Positions 16,480 through 46,450 of a DNA stretch of 64,000 nt are shown here, one piece after another. The DNA is taken from NCBI RefSeq assembly GCF_009914755.1, contig NC_060933.1. One strand, written 5' to 3'. Position 1 is the first letter of the stretch; the number at the start of each line of letters is the position of its first letter. Origin of the DNA: the human T2T-CHM13v2.0 reference genome, Homo sapiens. The notes below the pieces were generated by a model that saw only the letters and a list, made by a program, of their open reading frames with translations, was not told the origin of the DNA and searched no databases. The translations under genes were made by a program, and so were the position numbers.

Positions 16480-17735
16480 CCATCATCCCTCCACCTGCCC
16501 CTCCATCCATCCCTCCTATATCTTGCTACCCACTCTTCCATCCATCCGTCTCTCAACCCATCCTTCCATCCATGCCACATTCCTCCACTCATCCCTCCAT
16601 CCATCCCTCCTTCCATCCATCCCTCCCACATTCCTCCACCCATCCCTCCATCCATCCCTCTCACATTCCTCCACCCATCCCACATCCCTCCACCCATCCC
16701 TCCCTCCATCCATCCCACATCCCTCCACCCATCCCTCCCTCCATCCATCCCTCCCTCCATCCCTCCATCCATCCCTCCCTCCATCCATCTCTCCCTCCAT
16801 CCATCCCACATCCCTCCACCCATCCCTCCACCCATCCCTCCACCCATCCCTCCACCCATCCCTCCTTCCATCCATCCCTCCATCCATCCATCTCTCCCTC
16901 CATCCATCCCACATCCCTCCACCCATCCCTCCTTCCAACCATCCCACATCCCTCCAGCCATCCCTCCACTCATCCCTCCCTCTACCCATCCCACATCCCT
17001 CCACCCATCCCACATCCCTCCACCCATCCCTCCACCCATCCCTCCACCTATCCCTCCACTCATCGCTCCACCCATCCCGCCGTCCTTCCCTCCATTCACC
17101 CCTCCATCCATCCCTCCCACATTCCTCCACCCATCCCTCCCTCTATCCATCCCTCCACCCATCCTGGAATCCACTCTTCCACCCATCCCTCCTACATCCT
17201 TCCATCCTTCCCCATCTATCCCTCAACCCATCCTTCCATCCATTCTTCCACCCATCCCTCCCTCCATCCATCCCTCTACCCATCCTTCCACCTATCCCTC
17301 CATCCTTCCACCAATCCATTCCTCCACTGTTCCCTCCATCTATCCCTCCGTCCACCCATCCCTCCACCCATCCTTCCATTCATTCTTCCACTCACCCCTC
17401 CTATATCCCTCCCTCCTTCTCCCATCCCTCAACCCATCCCTTCACCCATTACTCCCCCATCCATCCCTCAACCCACCCCCACATTCATCCCTCCCTCCAT
17501 CTATCCCTCCACCCATTCTTCCGCCCATCCATTCCTCCACCCATCTCTCCATCCATCCACCTATCCCTCCATCCATCCACCCATCCCTCCATCCATCCAC
17601 CCATCCATCTCTCTATTCATCTCTCCATCCATTAAATTCATCTCTCCACCCCTCCCCCACCCATCCCTCCATTCATCCCTGTATTCATCCCTCTGTGTAT
17701 CCCTCACATCCCTCCACCCATCCTCCATCCTCCAC
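16480..17735. repeat. CCAT/CCTCCACCCAT-rich low-complexity array (~1.25 kb)
   Basis: Almost G-free plus strand; 12-bp unit CCCTCCACCCAT tandemly repeated at ~16810-16860. Confidence 0.95.
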
Positions 17736-19069
17736 ATAGAAAATACTGACTGAGCACTGGCTTTGTTCATGAGGAAGGGCAAGTGAATGTTTTGACTCTT
17801 CCCAACATGATGGGATAAAGGAATTATTCTCATGTCCAAACCACATGAACACACACATTGTGCAAATTCCATTTGTAGCTACATCATGCAAATTCAGCTG
17901 TCACAATTTCCTGGGAAATTATAGGTGTAGAAAAAGACCATCTGGCCCACCATGCAGTCAGAGTATGCCTGACTGAATTATTGGGTGGGGGCTTTTACAT
18001 TTTGTTTGAAAGGGCAAAATATAGATTTTTTACTTCTTGTTCAACTTTCAAAATTAAATCAAATGCCATAATCCATGGATCGTACCCTAAACTGAAATCT
18101 CTGAAATCTCACTGCCAAGTGGCCATTGTTTGGACACCTTCCAGTGACTATTTAGGAGACCGGGGCAGTTTTCTGTGAGCACTGCCTGGAGTCTTTGAGC
18201 TCATGAGTTCAGGGTCACCTAATCAAGGCTTTAAGGAAGGGGGAAACAGTCTTCCCTCCGTGAATGTGAACGGACTTCATGCAAGTGTAGGCCAGAGGCT
18301 GGGCAGCGTGTGGAGGTGGACTTGGGATCTCTGCAGGAGCCCTCTCATCACAGCCCAGCAGGCCAACCCAAAGCAGGAGAGGGAGGCGAGGCCCAGACCA
18401 GCTAGGAGGATGAGCCAAGACCCACATGGCCAGCTGTGAGTTATGGGAATGGGTTATGAGTTATGCGATACAAGGGGGAGGCTGGGGAGCCTCCTGAATG
18501 TGGTCCTTGGCAGACTCAGCCTGCCGAACTCTGGAAACTTTGGCTCTTACTGAAAGGGAGGCAGCACACCCTGGTGTTAGGAAGACACGGCCAAGGGACA
18601 CTGGGCTCTAAGCCTGTCCACGCCCTTAATGGCATTCAATGCCACCCTGTCCTGGGCCCCTCCAGCTGTCCTCTAGCCACAGCACCTCCTGAGGCGCAGT
18701 AAGGGCACTGCCAAGGAGACATACCCACCCCTACCCTACTAGACAGCACCCCTGCCAGACCACAGCTCACGTACTCCAACTCTGGGACATTTCTGCCACC
18801 CCCAAAGGAGACCCCGTATCCCTTAGCTGCCCTCCTCAACCCTGCCCATCCTCAGCCATGGCAACCACTAAGCTGCTTCCTGTCTCTATGGATTTGCCTG
18901 TTCCGGACACTTCATCTAAATGAAATCAGCCAACGTGTGGACTTTTGTGCCTGACTTCTTCCCTCCAGCATGATGCCAAGTTCCATTCACCATGAACGTG
19001 CACCAGGAAGGGCTTCATTCCTTTTTATGGCTGACAAATAATTAATAGTAAGTGGAATCAACTTTAGTA

Positions 19070-19760
19070 ATACACTGTACTTGATCCAGTATATTTGAAA
19101 TATTATCATTTCAATATGTAATCAATGTACAAATCTATTAGAGAGACATTTGACATTCTTTTTTCTCGCCAAGTTTCAAAATCCAGCATGTGGTTTGCAC
19201 TGATAGCGGACTTCAGTTTGAACCCTAAATTTTCATCAGACGCATTTGATATGTGTTTAGGTTTCACAGAATTCACAGTTGAAAAAGTAGATTTGCATAC
19301 CCAAATTGTTTCCCGTAAACTTAGAAGTTTGCCAAAAATGAAATTGAGTATCAATTTTTAAATTAATTAAAATTAGAGGCCGGGCATAGTGGCTCGCACC
19401 TGTAATCTCAGCACTTCGGGAGGCCGAGGCAGGAGGATTGCTTGAGGCCAGGAGTTTGAGACCGGCATGGGCAACACAGTGAGACCCCATCTCTACAATT
19501 TTTTTTTTAATTAGCCAAGCATGGTGGCACACACCTGTGGTACCAGCTACTCAGGAGGCTGAGGTGGGAGGATCGCTTGAGCCCGGGAGGTCGAGGCTGC
19601 AGCAAGCAATGTTTGCACCACTGCACTTTCACCTGGGAGACAGAGCAAGGCCCTGTCTCAAAAAACAAAAAACAAATTAGATAAAGATTCAGTTCCTCAG
19701 TCAGACAAGCCTCATTTCAAGAGCTCAGAAGCCACACATGCCTGGTGGCCACTGATATCT
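19070..19760. mobile_element. Charlie1-family (MER33/MER3-like) DNA transposon interrupted by AluJ (19378-19675, +)
   Basis: ATATTATCATTTCAATATGTAATCAAT and TTCAGTTCCTCAGTCA..CATTTCAAG..AGCCACA motifs. Confidence 0.65.
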
Positions 19761-20049
19761 TGAACTTGGACTTGGGTCCACCTGCCTGAAGCCTGGTTCT
19801 GCCCCACCAGCATGAGCTTCTGTCTCCTCTCTCATGAGTGGCCATATTGCGATCTGCCCCACCCGTGGCCATAGGGGTTCTGGGAAAGCGGGGATGTAAA
19901 GAGTTCCGCGCTGAGGCTGACCCCCCCATATCAATACAAGAATGCAAGGATTGCTACTAAAGAGACTCTTCTCCTCCATCAGCTCAGAACTGGGCCAGCT
20001 TTGCCTGTCCCTGGGACACTCAACAATAGCAGGCCTTGGAGACTGCTCA

Positions 20050-21040
<991 letters not shown>

Positions 21041-21621
21041 TGTTATATTTCAAAACAAAACAACAGTCTTGGGTCCCCCACCCTCTGAGCACATCCAGCC
21101 TCCTAAGCATGATTCTCAAGGCCCTCTGCACCCCTCACAGCCCTCTCAGTCTAATTTATGCCACTCTCCAGACCCACCCCAAATCCTACAATACTCATGC
21201 TCTTGAAATTCTCTCCACACCAAGCTGTGTCTGGCTTTGTCCAGCAGTGGGCCCATGGGAGGTTGGTCCCCCAGGAAATGTGTATGTCTCCTAAAACCCA
21301 GCTCAGCCATCGCTTCCCTCAGGGACCATCTCCTGGCCTCCCCAGTGCCCTCTGTACCTTGCTTAGAGGTCCTGCAATGTCTGCCTGGGTGTGGGGTGGG
21401 CTCCTGGGGGCTTGGCCTGGGGGCTTGGCCTGGGGGCTTGGCCTGTGGGCTTACCTCCTTTTTGTCCTCCCAGCACCCAGAACAGGGTCTAGCATGTCTC
21501 TGGGCAACAGAGGCTGCCACCGTGGCCCCTTGCCTCCTGGGGAGGTCTCAGGGGTCCCAGAGGGTGCTGTGTTGTTTCTGAGCACAACTGATGAGAGTTA
21601 GACACCAGCATGAGTTCATTC

Positions 21622-22352
21622 TCCCATCCATCCACCCATCCATCCACCCACCCATCCACCCACCCATCCACCCATCCATCCACCCATCCACCCATCCACC
21701 CATCCACCCACCCATCCATCCATCCACCCACCCACCCACCCATCCATCCACCCACCTATCCACCCATCCACCCATCCACCTATCCCTCCATCCATCCATC
21801 CATCCACCCATCCACCCACCCATCCACACACCCATTCATCCACCCATCCACCCATCCATCCATCCACCCATCCATCCATCCATCCATCCACCCACCCATC
21901 CACCCATCCACCCATCCACCCACCCATCCATCCATCCACCCATCCATCCACCCATCCACCCATCCATCCATCCACCCACCAACGCACCCATCCACCCATC
22001 CACCCATCCACCCATCCCTCCATCCATCCATCCATCCACCCATCCACCCATCCACCCATCCACCATTCCATCCTCCCACCCATCCATCCACTCAGCCCTC
22101 CATCTATCCATCCACCCTCTACCCATCCACTCATCCATCCATCCATCATTCATCCACCCATTTATCCACCCATCTACCCATCCACCCATGTGTCTATCCA
22201 CCTACCCAACCATCCATCCACCATTCATCTGTACATGTATCCAGCCATCCATCCATCCATCCATCCGTACATTTATCCATCCATCCATCCATCCATCCAT
22301 CCATCCATCTGTACATTTATCCATCCATCCATCAATCCATCCATCCATCCAC
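21622..22352. repeat. (CCAT/CCAC)n simple-repeat array
   Basis: Interspersed CCAT and CCAC tetramers over ~730 bp. Confidence 0.95.
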
Positions 22353-24566
22353 CCTGTGCAAGGCCTGGGGAGATGCAGAGCCAGTCTAGGATTGTCACAG
22401 TGTCAGGAGGGAGGTGTCAGATGTGTCTGAGAAACAGAGGCTGCTGCCCTGGCCTCTTGTCTGCTAGGGAGGTCCCAGGGGTCCTAGAGGGTGCTGTGTT
22501 GTTTCTGAGCAGAGTTAGACACCTGCAGATGCCCTGAGCCCCCTCCCATCCCACCACACACCCCAAGCTTCATGTTGATGCTGTGTGGCAACTGTGCTGA
22601 ACCTATCAGAGGTCTCCAAGGCAAGTGTTCTCCCAGGGTCACCAGGCTCATCCTGGCTCCAAAGAAGTGGGTTTTGCTGCTAGGGCCATGGTGAATTTCT
22701 TGGCTCCATCCCGTGGGAGAATTTGAAGGTCTGATTGCAGCTTCTGTGGGGCCCACGGGTGGGCTCAGGCTGGAGATGTTGATCTCAGACCCCAGTGGTG
22801 ACTGTGGCACATCCAGGATGGGAGAGGCCGGTAGGAATGGCCTCCTGAGACTGGGAACCCCTTGAGAAGAACCCCAAGGTCTGGCCTCCCCAGCCTCTCA
22901 CACATGCTCGGGGCTGTCTGTAGGAGAGCCAGGGGCTTCCCCAAGTAGGGGCTCCACCCAGTCACTCTGAGGCCCTGGGCAGGCGAGTCAAAACTCTGGC
23001 CTCTGGCCTCTGTGTGAAATGGGCACAGCAGGTACCCAGGGCGCTGAGATGGCCGCATGCCCAGCGCTGAGGACAGCTGACCCTCCCCTGGCTCAGGGCC
23101 CATGCAGTCTCCTCCAGGGTCCTAGCTCAGAGCTCCATGCTCGCCTGCCGTGACGCTAGGAAGTCCCTCCCATAGCCATCTTCACTTCCCTGAATGGTCC
23201 AAGCTCCCATGGGCTTACTCGGCAGAGGGTGGACCCGCTTCTCTCAAACACCAGTGGGGCCACCCAGGGTCCCAGCGCCCCACGACAAAAAGGGCAGGCA
23301 GTGGGGAAGTGGATGCTCAGCCCCCGCAGGTCACGTGCAGCCTGGACAGCTCCCCTCTGTGTCTGTCACCGGGAACCTTTGGCCCAGAGTGTGGCCCAGC
23401 TGGCCTGGCTCCTCCCAGGCCCTGGCTGCCTCAGATGTGAGCCTGGAGGTGGCCACTCTGAGGCCCCTGCTCACACCCTCGCCACTGCCACCCGGACATG
23501 GGGCCATCCCACGGTGACAGGCACGTGCACCAGCACAGGTGTGTCCTCCTGTGGAACATTTAACTTGAGCTGCACCAGGCACTGCGTTATTATTTCTCCT
23601 CCCCCAGCCCACGGCTTCCCTTCTCTGTCCCTCCAGGGCCAAATCGCAGATCACGGTCCTCATGATCTGTCTGCCTTGGCAGCCCGGGGTGTCATGAACC
23701 CGGCCAGCTCTGCGCCCAGGTGCTGATCACTGATGTTCTCATTGCGTTTGCAACAGGCCTTTGTCAATGGCCGCCATCCCCACATACCCATGCCCAGCTG
23801 TGTCCCCAGCCCTCCTGCTACCACGGCCCGAAAGGGTCAAGCAGTGCTGCCAGCTGTGCCCCAGGAGGGACCTGCTGGCTTCCTGGCCCTGCCGCCTCTT
23901 CTCCAGGTGAAATGGACCCTGCTATGCCCCAGTAGCCAGTGGCGTCCTGCCCCCTCCCCTCCCCTCCGCTCCCACCACTTGGTGCCTGGAGGAGCCCAAG
24001 GACGCTAACCCCTGCATGCTATTATGGGCTGGCTCACCTTAAGGAACCCCATTGCTGAGGGCAGGTGGGCACGGAGAGTCCCTAGCACAAGGGAGCAATC
24101 GCTAAAACCTCCCCCAGTGGTGAGCTGGGATGAGACGCCCATGGGAGGGAACATACTGGTGGGTGCGATGCCTCAGACTTTTGAGCGGCTGGGGGCTCAT
24201 CGTTAGATGGGTGGCCATGGATGGCTGTTGCAGGGAGGCCTGAATGCGCTGAGGAAAGCCAGCGAGCAGCTGAGGGCCACTGATCACCCTTTCCAGTGAG
24301 GCAGGAAAGCCAGAGGACCTCTTTGGCAGCTTCTCTAAAGAGGCTTTCAGCTCTGGTGGCTGTCGGGGAGAAAAAGCTGAGATCTGGCCCAGCCCAAGCT
24401 GAGGAGCTCCAGAGAAGGGCAGATTCACAAGCTTAGCAAGTATTTTTGGTCAACAGCAGGACCCTGACTGGGACCCAGTGTGGCCACAGACTCAGGTCGG
24501 GGACACCTAGGGCAACACACCCGAAAGTCATACTCCTTGTGACCCCTCTGAAACCTCTGGGCCTGG

Positions 24567-25616
<1,050 letters not shown>

Positions 25617-25872
25617 TTATTCTCATTCTTGAAGAGCTATTTTAAACGTATCCCACACCATAGACATAGCCATTGAATTCTTTTGGGGGCACCACCCCGA
25701 AACCCCAGAGACTTTCACTGGGCTCCTCCTCCCAGGGACGCCCAGGGGACAACCCTTTGTCCCGTTCCCTAAGACAAGCAGTATCTTCATTGCTTTTTGC
25801 CACAGCCTGGCCAGATAGCCAATCCCAGATTCTCCCCATTTTTTTCTGCACCAATTTCTGCATTAGGGTTTA

Positions 25873-26310
25873 CACTGGGTTGAATGGTGGGCTCCCAAAA
25901 GATACATCCACATCACATCCCTGACACCTGTTCGTGTGACCTTGTTTGGAAAAAGGGTCCTTGCAGATGTAATTAACTACGGATATCATCCCAGATTATC
26001 TGAGCAGTCCCTAAATGCAATGATGTGGCCTTGTTGGAGATAAACAGAGGAGAGACAGACGGAAGAGGGGGATGCTCAGTGACCACAGAGGCAGAGACTG
26101 GAGTGATGCCAAGGAAGGCCAAACATTGCTGGCAGCCTCCCAAAGCCAGGAGAGAGGCACGGAACAAAATGCCCCCAGAGCCTCTGGAGTGGGGGAGCCC
26201 TGCCGACCTCTTAGTTCCAGACTTCTGACTGCCAGAACGAGAGAATAAATATGTCATTGGAAGTCACCAAGTTTGTGAAATTTGTTACAGTAGCCCCAGG
26301 AAGCCAATAC
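25873..26310 (+). mobile_element. MaLR solo LTR (MLT1B/C/D-like)
   Basis: GGTTGAATGGTGG..GTGACCTTGTTTGGAAAAAGGGTCCTTGCAGATGTAATTAA..AATTTGTTACAGTAGCCCCAGGAAGCCAATAC. Confidence 0.85.
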
Positions 26311-26372
26311 GGAGCTCTCACCTGTAAGTCAGAGAATCCAACACCCCACGAACGGATCAGGAAAGAATATCA

Positions 26373-27270
<898 letters not shown>

Positions 27271-28217
27271 TTATGCTGCAATTTTGATGAGAGAAGTGTC
27301 AAGGCATTTGACATGTTTAAATCCAAAGCAGTCCATCCTCTAGCCATGAATTACTTATATTCCTTGCACATGCAGAATACACCCACCCCTCCCTGCAAAG
27401 CCACGTCTGTCCTGGCCTCCTGCTCTTGTGATATAATTAGGTCCAGGTGCAAATGAGAGGCCTCAGGTGCAGCTTACCTGTTACAGTTCCTCTCCAATGT
27501 GGACGGAAGACTAAGAGGCCGATTGTCTGCCCCACACCCAATGACTGCACACCCAGTGGACACAGGACAAGCTGCTGTAGACCCTCCAGTTCGAAGAGCG
27601 GCAACACAGTCTTTGGGGAGCACATAGCAGCCCCAAGTCCATCATTTCTCAAAGCCAGTGGGGCACTTTGCCACTTCCTTCGTGGAGCCCCCAGGAATGA
27701 TTCCTCATGGTTCTTGGCACAAATTCTTTTTCCTTCCTGTAACTGCGACATGGTGTCCCGCACAACATGGCGTCTGTGTTGGGTGTCAAATGGTATTGGA
27801 GGGCTGTGTTGTGTTTGTTGTTGAGCCTAACTTCATTCCTGCCTTAGAAGCTTGGGGGCAAAAGGTCTCTTTTCATTCTGTACCTTCTCTGTCCCATCGG
27901 GGCCAAGCTAGCTGTGTTGATCCTAGTCCAATTCTCTTAAAATCTTTGTAGGAAGTGGGGTATGTGACTGGGATAAATGAAAAAGCCACCAAGTTCACCG
28001 TTCCTAATGAACATCAGCCGTTCTCTTTGAATCACTCTTCCTTCGGTGGCTGCAAGCTGCCTGTGAATTTCCTGAGCTGCAAAACAATTTTACTGTGATG
28101 ATTTTTGCAGATTTTTTCATTTGCCTTTATGAAGGGGCAGAATTGGGAGTTCCTTGCTCCACAATTTTTGCTGATATCCTTGAGCAAGTCAGGATTAACT
28201 TTTTAAAAACTGCTTTA

Positions 28218-28520
<303 letters not shown>

Positions 28521-28884
28521 AAACTGCGTTATTGAGATATAATTCACATACCATAAGATTCCTTTATTTAAAGTGTATAATTCAAAGCTTCCTAGTATAT
28601 TCACAGACCTGTGCAACCATCACCCAACTGAAGTTTAGAAAATTTTCATCTCTCTAAAAGAAACCCCGTTCCTATTAGCCATGACTCTCCAGCCCACCCC
28701 ACCCAACCCCAGCCTCTGGCAACCGCAAATCCACTGGCTGTCTCTCCGAATGTGCCTGCTCCAGACAGTTCACAGAAAGGGAGTCATATAATCCGTGTAC
28801 TTTGTGTACACTGTTCTCAGGTTTACCGCCATGTTCCAGCCCTTCACTTCTTCCTAATCCCTGGATAGTATTGCATACATGCAT

Positions 28885-34110
<5,226 letters not shown>

Positions 34111-34114
34111 CTAT

Positions 34115-34408
34115 TCCTTTTTTTTTTTCAATTAAGATGGCGGTCTTACTCCCCTCCCCCAAGCTGGAGTGCAGTGGCGCGATCATGGATCACTGCAGCC
34201 TCAAACTCCCAGGCTCAATGATCCTCCCACCTCAGCCTCCCAAATAGCTGGGACCACAGGTGTGTGCCACAACACCTGGCTAATTTTGGTTTTTGGTAGA
34301 GATGGCACCATGTTGCCCAAGCTGGTCTCAACCTCCTGGATTCAGGTGATGCCCACGTCTTGGCCTCCCAAAGTGCTGGGATTACAGGCCTGAGCCACTG
34401 CGCCCAGC
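34115..34408 (-). mobile_element. Alu (AluJ)
   Basis: Antisense Alu. Confidence 0.85.
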
Positions 34409-34414
34409 CAAAAC

Positions 34415-34623
34415 CTATTCTTAAATTAAGAAAGTTTTTTTCCTTAAGATATCAGGACATCAGGGCATTTCCAGAAGTACTGGGTCTGTTTAGTTAGTAA
34501 GCATCATTAACTTGCTCCCTCAACCATAAGAGTGCTTCACCTCCTGGGAATGTGACCCAGCAGGTCTCACTATATTTTTCTCTCATTCAAGATGGAGTCA
34601 CTCTGGTTTGGACACTTCTGGCA
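34415..34623 (-). mobile_element. MER41-family (ERV1) LTR fragment
   Basis: CCTGGGAATG..CCCAGCAGGTCTCA..ATTCAAGATGGAGTCACTCTGGTTTGGACACTTCTGGCA is the reverse complement of the MER41 5' end. Confidence 0.7.
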
Positions 34624-34864
34624 GCTTCATGGGTCCCTCCTCTAAGCATCTAGGTTTTCATCATTCCAACCTCTTCCCTTTGTTCCTTATCCCTAGGGGT
34701 GGTGGTAGTTGCTTCCTGCAGGTGCTACTTTAGGATATTTTAGAGTTATTTTTTTTCTTCTGAACTTAACAACTTTGTACTTAGCGAACAATTCCTTGTA
34801 TTTATTTCTCCCAGTTCAAATGATTGGTGTGGTTTCTCTCTTCCAAACAGACTCTGACTAATAT
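34624..34864 (+). mobile_element. 3' end of an ERVL-class LTR (LTR16/33/41-like), same orientation as the ERVL internal remnant
   Basis: CCCTAGGGGTGGT..GCTTCCTGCAG..TTCAAATGATTGGTGTGGTTTCT..CTGACTAATATA. Confidence 0.5.
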
Positions 34865-35207
34865 AAGTTCCATATCAATCATATGTATTGCAAATTTCTT
34901 CTCACGTTCTGTGGCTTTCCTTTTCACTCTTAAAAGGTATATTTTAATAAGCTTTAAAAATTTTAGAAGAGTTTGTTTTACAGAAAAATTGCAAACATGG
35001 TACGGCGTCCATATAAGCCCAATACCAATTTTCTCTATTGTTGATGTCTTACTTTCGTGTGGTCTGTGACAATTAATGAACCAATATTGATACATTATTA
35101 TTAATCCAAGTGCATACTTTAGTCAGATGTCTATAGTTGGTATCTTTTTTAAATTTAAATAGTGAGGTTTCCATTCATAAAATTTCTCCATTTAAAGTTT
35201 TTGTGCC

Positions 35208-36025
<818 letters not shown>

Positions 36026-36117
36026 TAAACACTTGTTTTCTGCTTTTTGCTGTCATTTAGAACAGTAGTTGACTCTGTAGATTAATTTTCCATCAAGCAA
36101 CCTTGTGTCAACCTTGT

Positions 36118-43330
<7,213 letters not shown>

Positions 43331-43354
43331 TCATGTAAGATTTAAACGTTTTCA

Positions 43355-43910
<556 letters not shown>

Positions 43911-44304
43911 GTTCCATTATGCTAGTTTTCTTAATTGGCATTGGAGAAAACCATAAAATTAGGGGAAAAGGGTAGATACTAAAAGAGTGCTATTGGAGTA
44001 TGATTGGAGGTGGAGTGAGAAAAGGAAATAGACCTTGCTTTCATGGGGCTGTTGAGGAGTCCAAATGAGCAGTATAGAGGCCTGGCTTGGTTGGATGAGA
44101 TGGAGAAATTCAAGACCTATTTTTGAGATAGTAAGCCCGGACATTTAATTAATTAAAAATAATTGTATCAATTACTGAGAGTAAGAATACTAATAAAAGC
44201 AGTAACAGCAGTGGCAAAAGTAACCACACAAGCAGAAATACGAAAACCAAGATGATAAGACCATACAGTCCGGCAGTGTCTTACTAACAGGGTTGTGGGC
44301 GTCC

Positions 44305-45268
44305 CACTCCTTCTCTTCATCCTCCTCCAGCTCCTCCTCCACGTCTTCCTCCAGCTCCTGCTCCTCTTTCTTTTCCAGTACCTCCTCAGCCCGTTCTCCT
44401 CTGCCAGCCCCTCCTCCCACCTCCGCTCCCAGCCCCTCCTCCTTTCCCAGCCCCTCACCATCCAGCCCCTCCTCCTCCATCTCCTCCTCCTCTCTCAGCT
44501 CCTCCTCCTCCCCCAGCTCCTCCTCCTGCTCCTCCTTCTCCTCCACTCCTCCTTCTGCTCCTCCTTCTCGTTCAGCTCCTCCTCTCCCAGCCCCTCCTCC
44601 TCCTCCAGCCCCTCCTCCTCATCCAGCCCTTTCTCCTCTCCCAGCCCCTCCTCTCCCAGCTCCTCCTCCTCCTCCAGCCCCTCCTCCTCTCCCAGCCCCT
44701 CCTCCCCAGCTCCTCCTCCAACAGCCCCTCCTCCTCCTCGCGCAGACCCTCACCATCCAGCCCCTCCTCCTTCAGCCCCTCCTCCAGCCCTTCCTCCTTC
44801 AGCCCCTCCTCCAGCCCCTCCTCCTCCAGCCCCTCCTCCTCCTCCAGCCCCTCCTCCTCCAGCCCTTCCTCCTTCAGCCCCTCCTCCTCCAGCCCCTCCT
44901 CCTCCTCCAGCCCCTCCTCCTCATCCAGCCCCTCCTCCTCATCCAGCCCTTTCTCCTCTCCCAGCCCCTCCTCTCCCAGCTCCTCCTCCTCCTCCAGCCC
45001 CTCCTCCTCTCCCAGCCCCTCCTCCCCAGCTCCTCCTCCTCCAGCCCCTCCTCCTCCTCGCGCAGACCCTCACCATCCAGCCCCTCCTCCTTCAGCCCCT
45101 CCTCCAGCCCTTCCTCCTTCAGCCCCTCCTCCTCCTCCAGCCCCTCCTCCTCCAGCCCTTCCTCCTTCAGCCCTTCCTCCTTCAGCCCCTCCTCCTCCAG
45201 CCCCTCCTCCTCCTCCAGCCCCTCCTCCTCCAGCCCCTCCTCCTCCAGCCCCTCCTCCTCCTCTTCCA
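44305..45268. repeat. Pyrimidine-rich (CAGCCCCTCCTCCTC-like) tract with internal ~320-bp-spaced duplication
   Basis: Landmark CGCAGACCCTCACCATCCAG at 44741 and 45061. Confidence 0.95.
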
Positions 45269-45269
45269 G

Positions 45270-46450
45270 TTCCTATTCGGGGCGGGCCCAGCCCCTCCTC
45301 GCGGAGCGATCGATGGCTTGGGCTCGTCGCACACGCCTGCCCAGCCTCTGCGCTCGGCTCGCCAGGCCTGCGGCGCTGCCATGGAGACACGGCCCAGCGG
45401 CCGCCGGCCCCGCCCTGGGAGCCCCGCAGTGCGTCGCGCCGCTGCCCGCATCTCCGAGGCCCGCGACGAGCGGTGACTGGGGCGGGCGACGTGGGGGACC
45501 CGGGGATGCGGGCAGACGATAGGGGGCTGGAGGATGGGGCGACCCAGAGCGCGCGGGGTCTGGGGCGCGGGGATGGGGGCCGCGGGCCACGCGACGGGGA
45601 CCCCAGGGTGCGCGCAGGTGGCGGGGACGCGCGATGGGGGCCCGGGAAGCTGAGGCTGACCTAGCGCAGGCATCCCAGGAGGGGAGGTCCCTGACGCTGC
45701 GCAGCTGGGAAGGCGTTCGGGAGTGGGTTGCGATGCTTCCCTGTTTGTTTTCTCCTGACATCGTTTTTGTTTGGGTCCAGGGGCCTCACGGGAGCTGGAT
45801 GCTCGGAGCAGCAAGGCGGCCCTGGGGGCCCCTTCCGGTCCCGGGGCTGACGCCTGGCGGCGTCTCCGGGAACCCGCGCCCTTTCAAGCGCCGCTGGCTC
45901 CTGTTTCACAGATGGAGACCCTGAAGCCCCAACAAGCAGCCTCCCCAGCACCTCCCAGTGACTGAAAAAGCTGGCACTGGGCGCCCGTCTCACTCTCCAC
46001 CCAGCTCCCAGGCTGCCCCACGGGACGTAAGTAGCTCGATCTAGGCCGCTGACCCCCAGAGACTTGATGCTGCGCTGCAGACTGCCGCCGCTGCCGGGGC
46101 GCTTGACTTCCCCTCTCCTGACAGCACGTTCGTTCCTTTGCAGCAGCACCTTTGGGGAGAGACGAGACCTGAACAAACGCTGGGGCTGGATCCCCAGGGT
46201 GGGTCAGAACAGCCGTTGCCCTGAAAGCTGGCCCGGACAGATGCGTGCGGGGCGTGCCACCGGAGCTCCTTCCAGCTTGCGTCTGGGGCCACCATGTCCC
46301 TTCCTCAGGGCACTGGATCCATCTCTTCAAGCTCAGTGGTCCAGGCCATGGTGGCAGAATCACCCCCCAGGGTGTGACGCCTCGTCCCTGTCAATTCCAC
46401 ACAGCTGCACCCGGAAGAGCTGTGGCCGGGCGCCGCTCTGACCTGTGTGC
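45270..46450. promoter_or_regulatory. BRD3OS: CpG island / BRD3OS promoter and leader exons
   Basis: CpG-rich; GC box GGGGCGGG at ~45279; predicted exon-1 donor GCG|GTGACT at 45473. Confidence 0.8.
45912..46026 (+). other. BRD3OS: Predicted BRD3OS 5' UTR exon 2 (115 nt)
   Basis: Acceptor CTCCTGTTTCACAG| at 45911; donor GAC|GTAAGT at 46027. Confidence 0.65.

Noticed and set aside
34540-34555. Interferon-responsive GAS site in the MER41 fragment
   Set aside because: Sequence reads TCCTGGGAA, not TTCNNNGAA; no intact GAS seen.
44293-45522. 409-aa and 393-aa Ser/Pro/Leu-rich ORFs upstream of BRD3OS
   Set aside because: Non-ATG starts, translations of the CCT-rich tract, upstream of the likely promoter.
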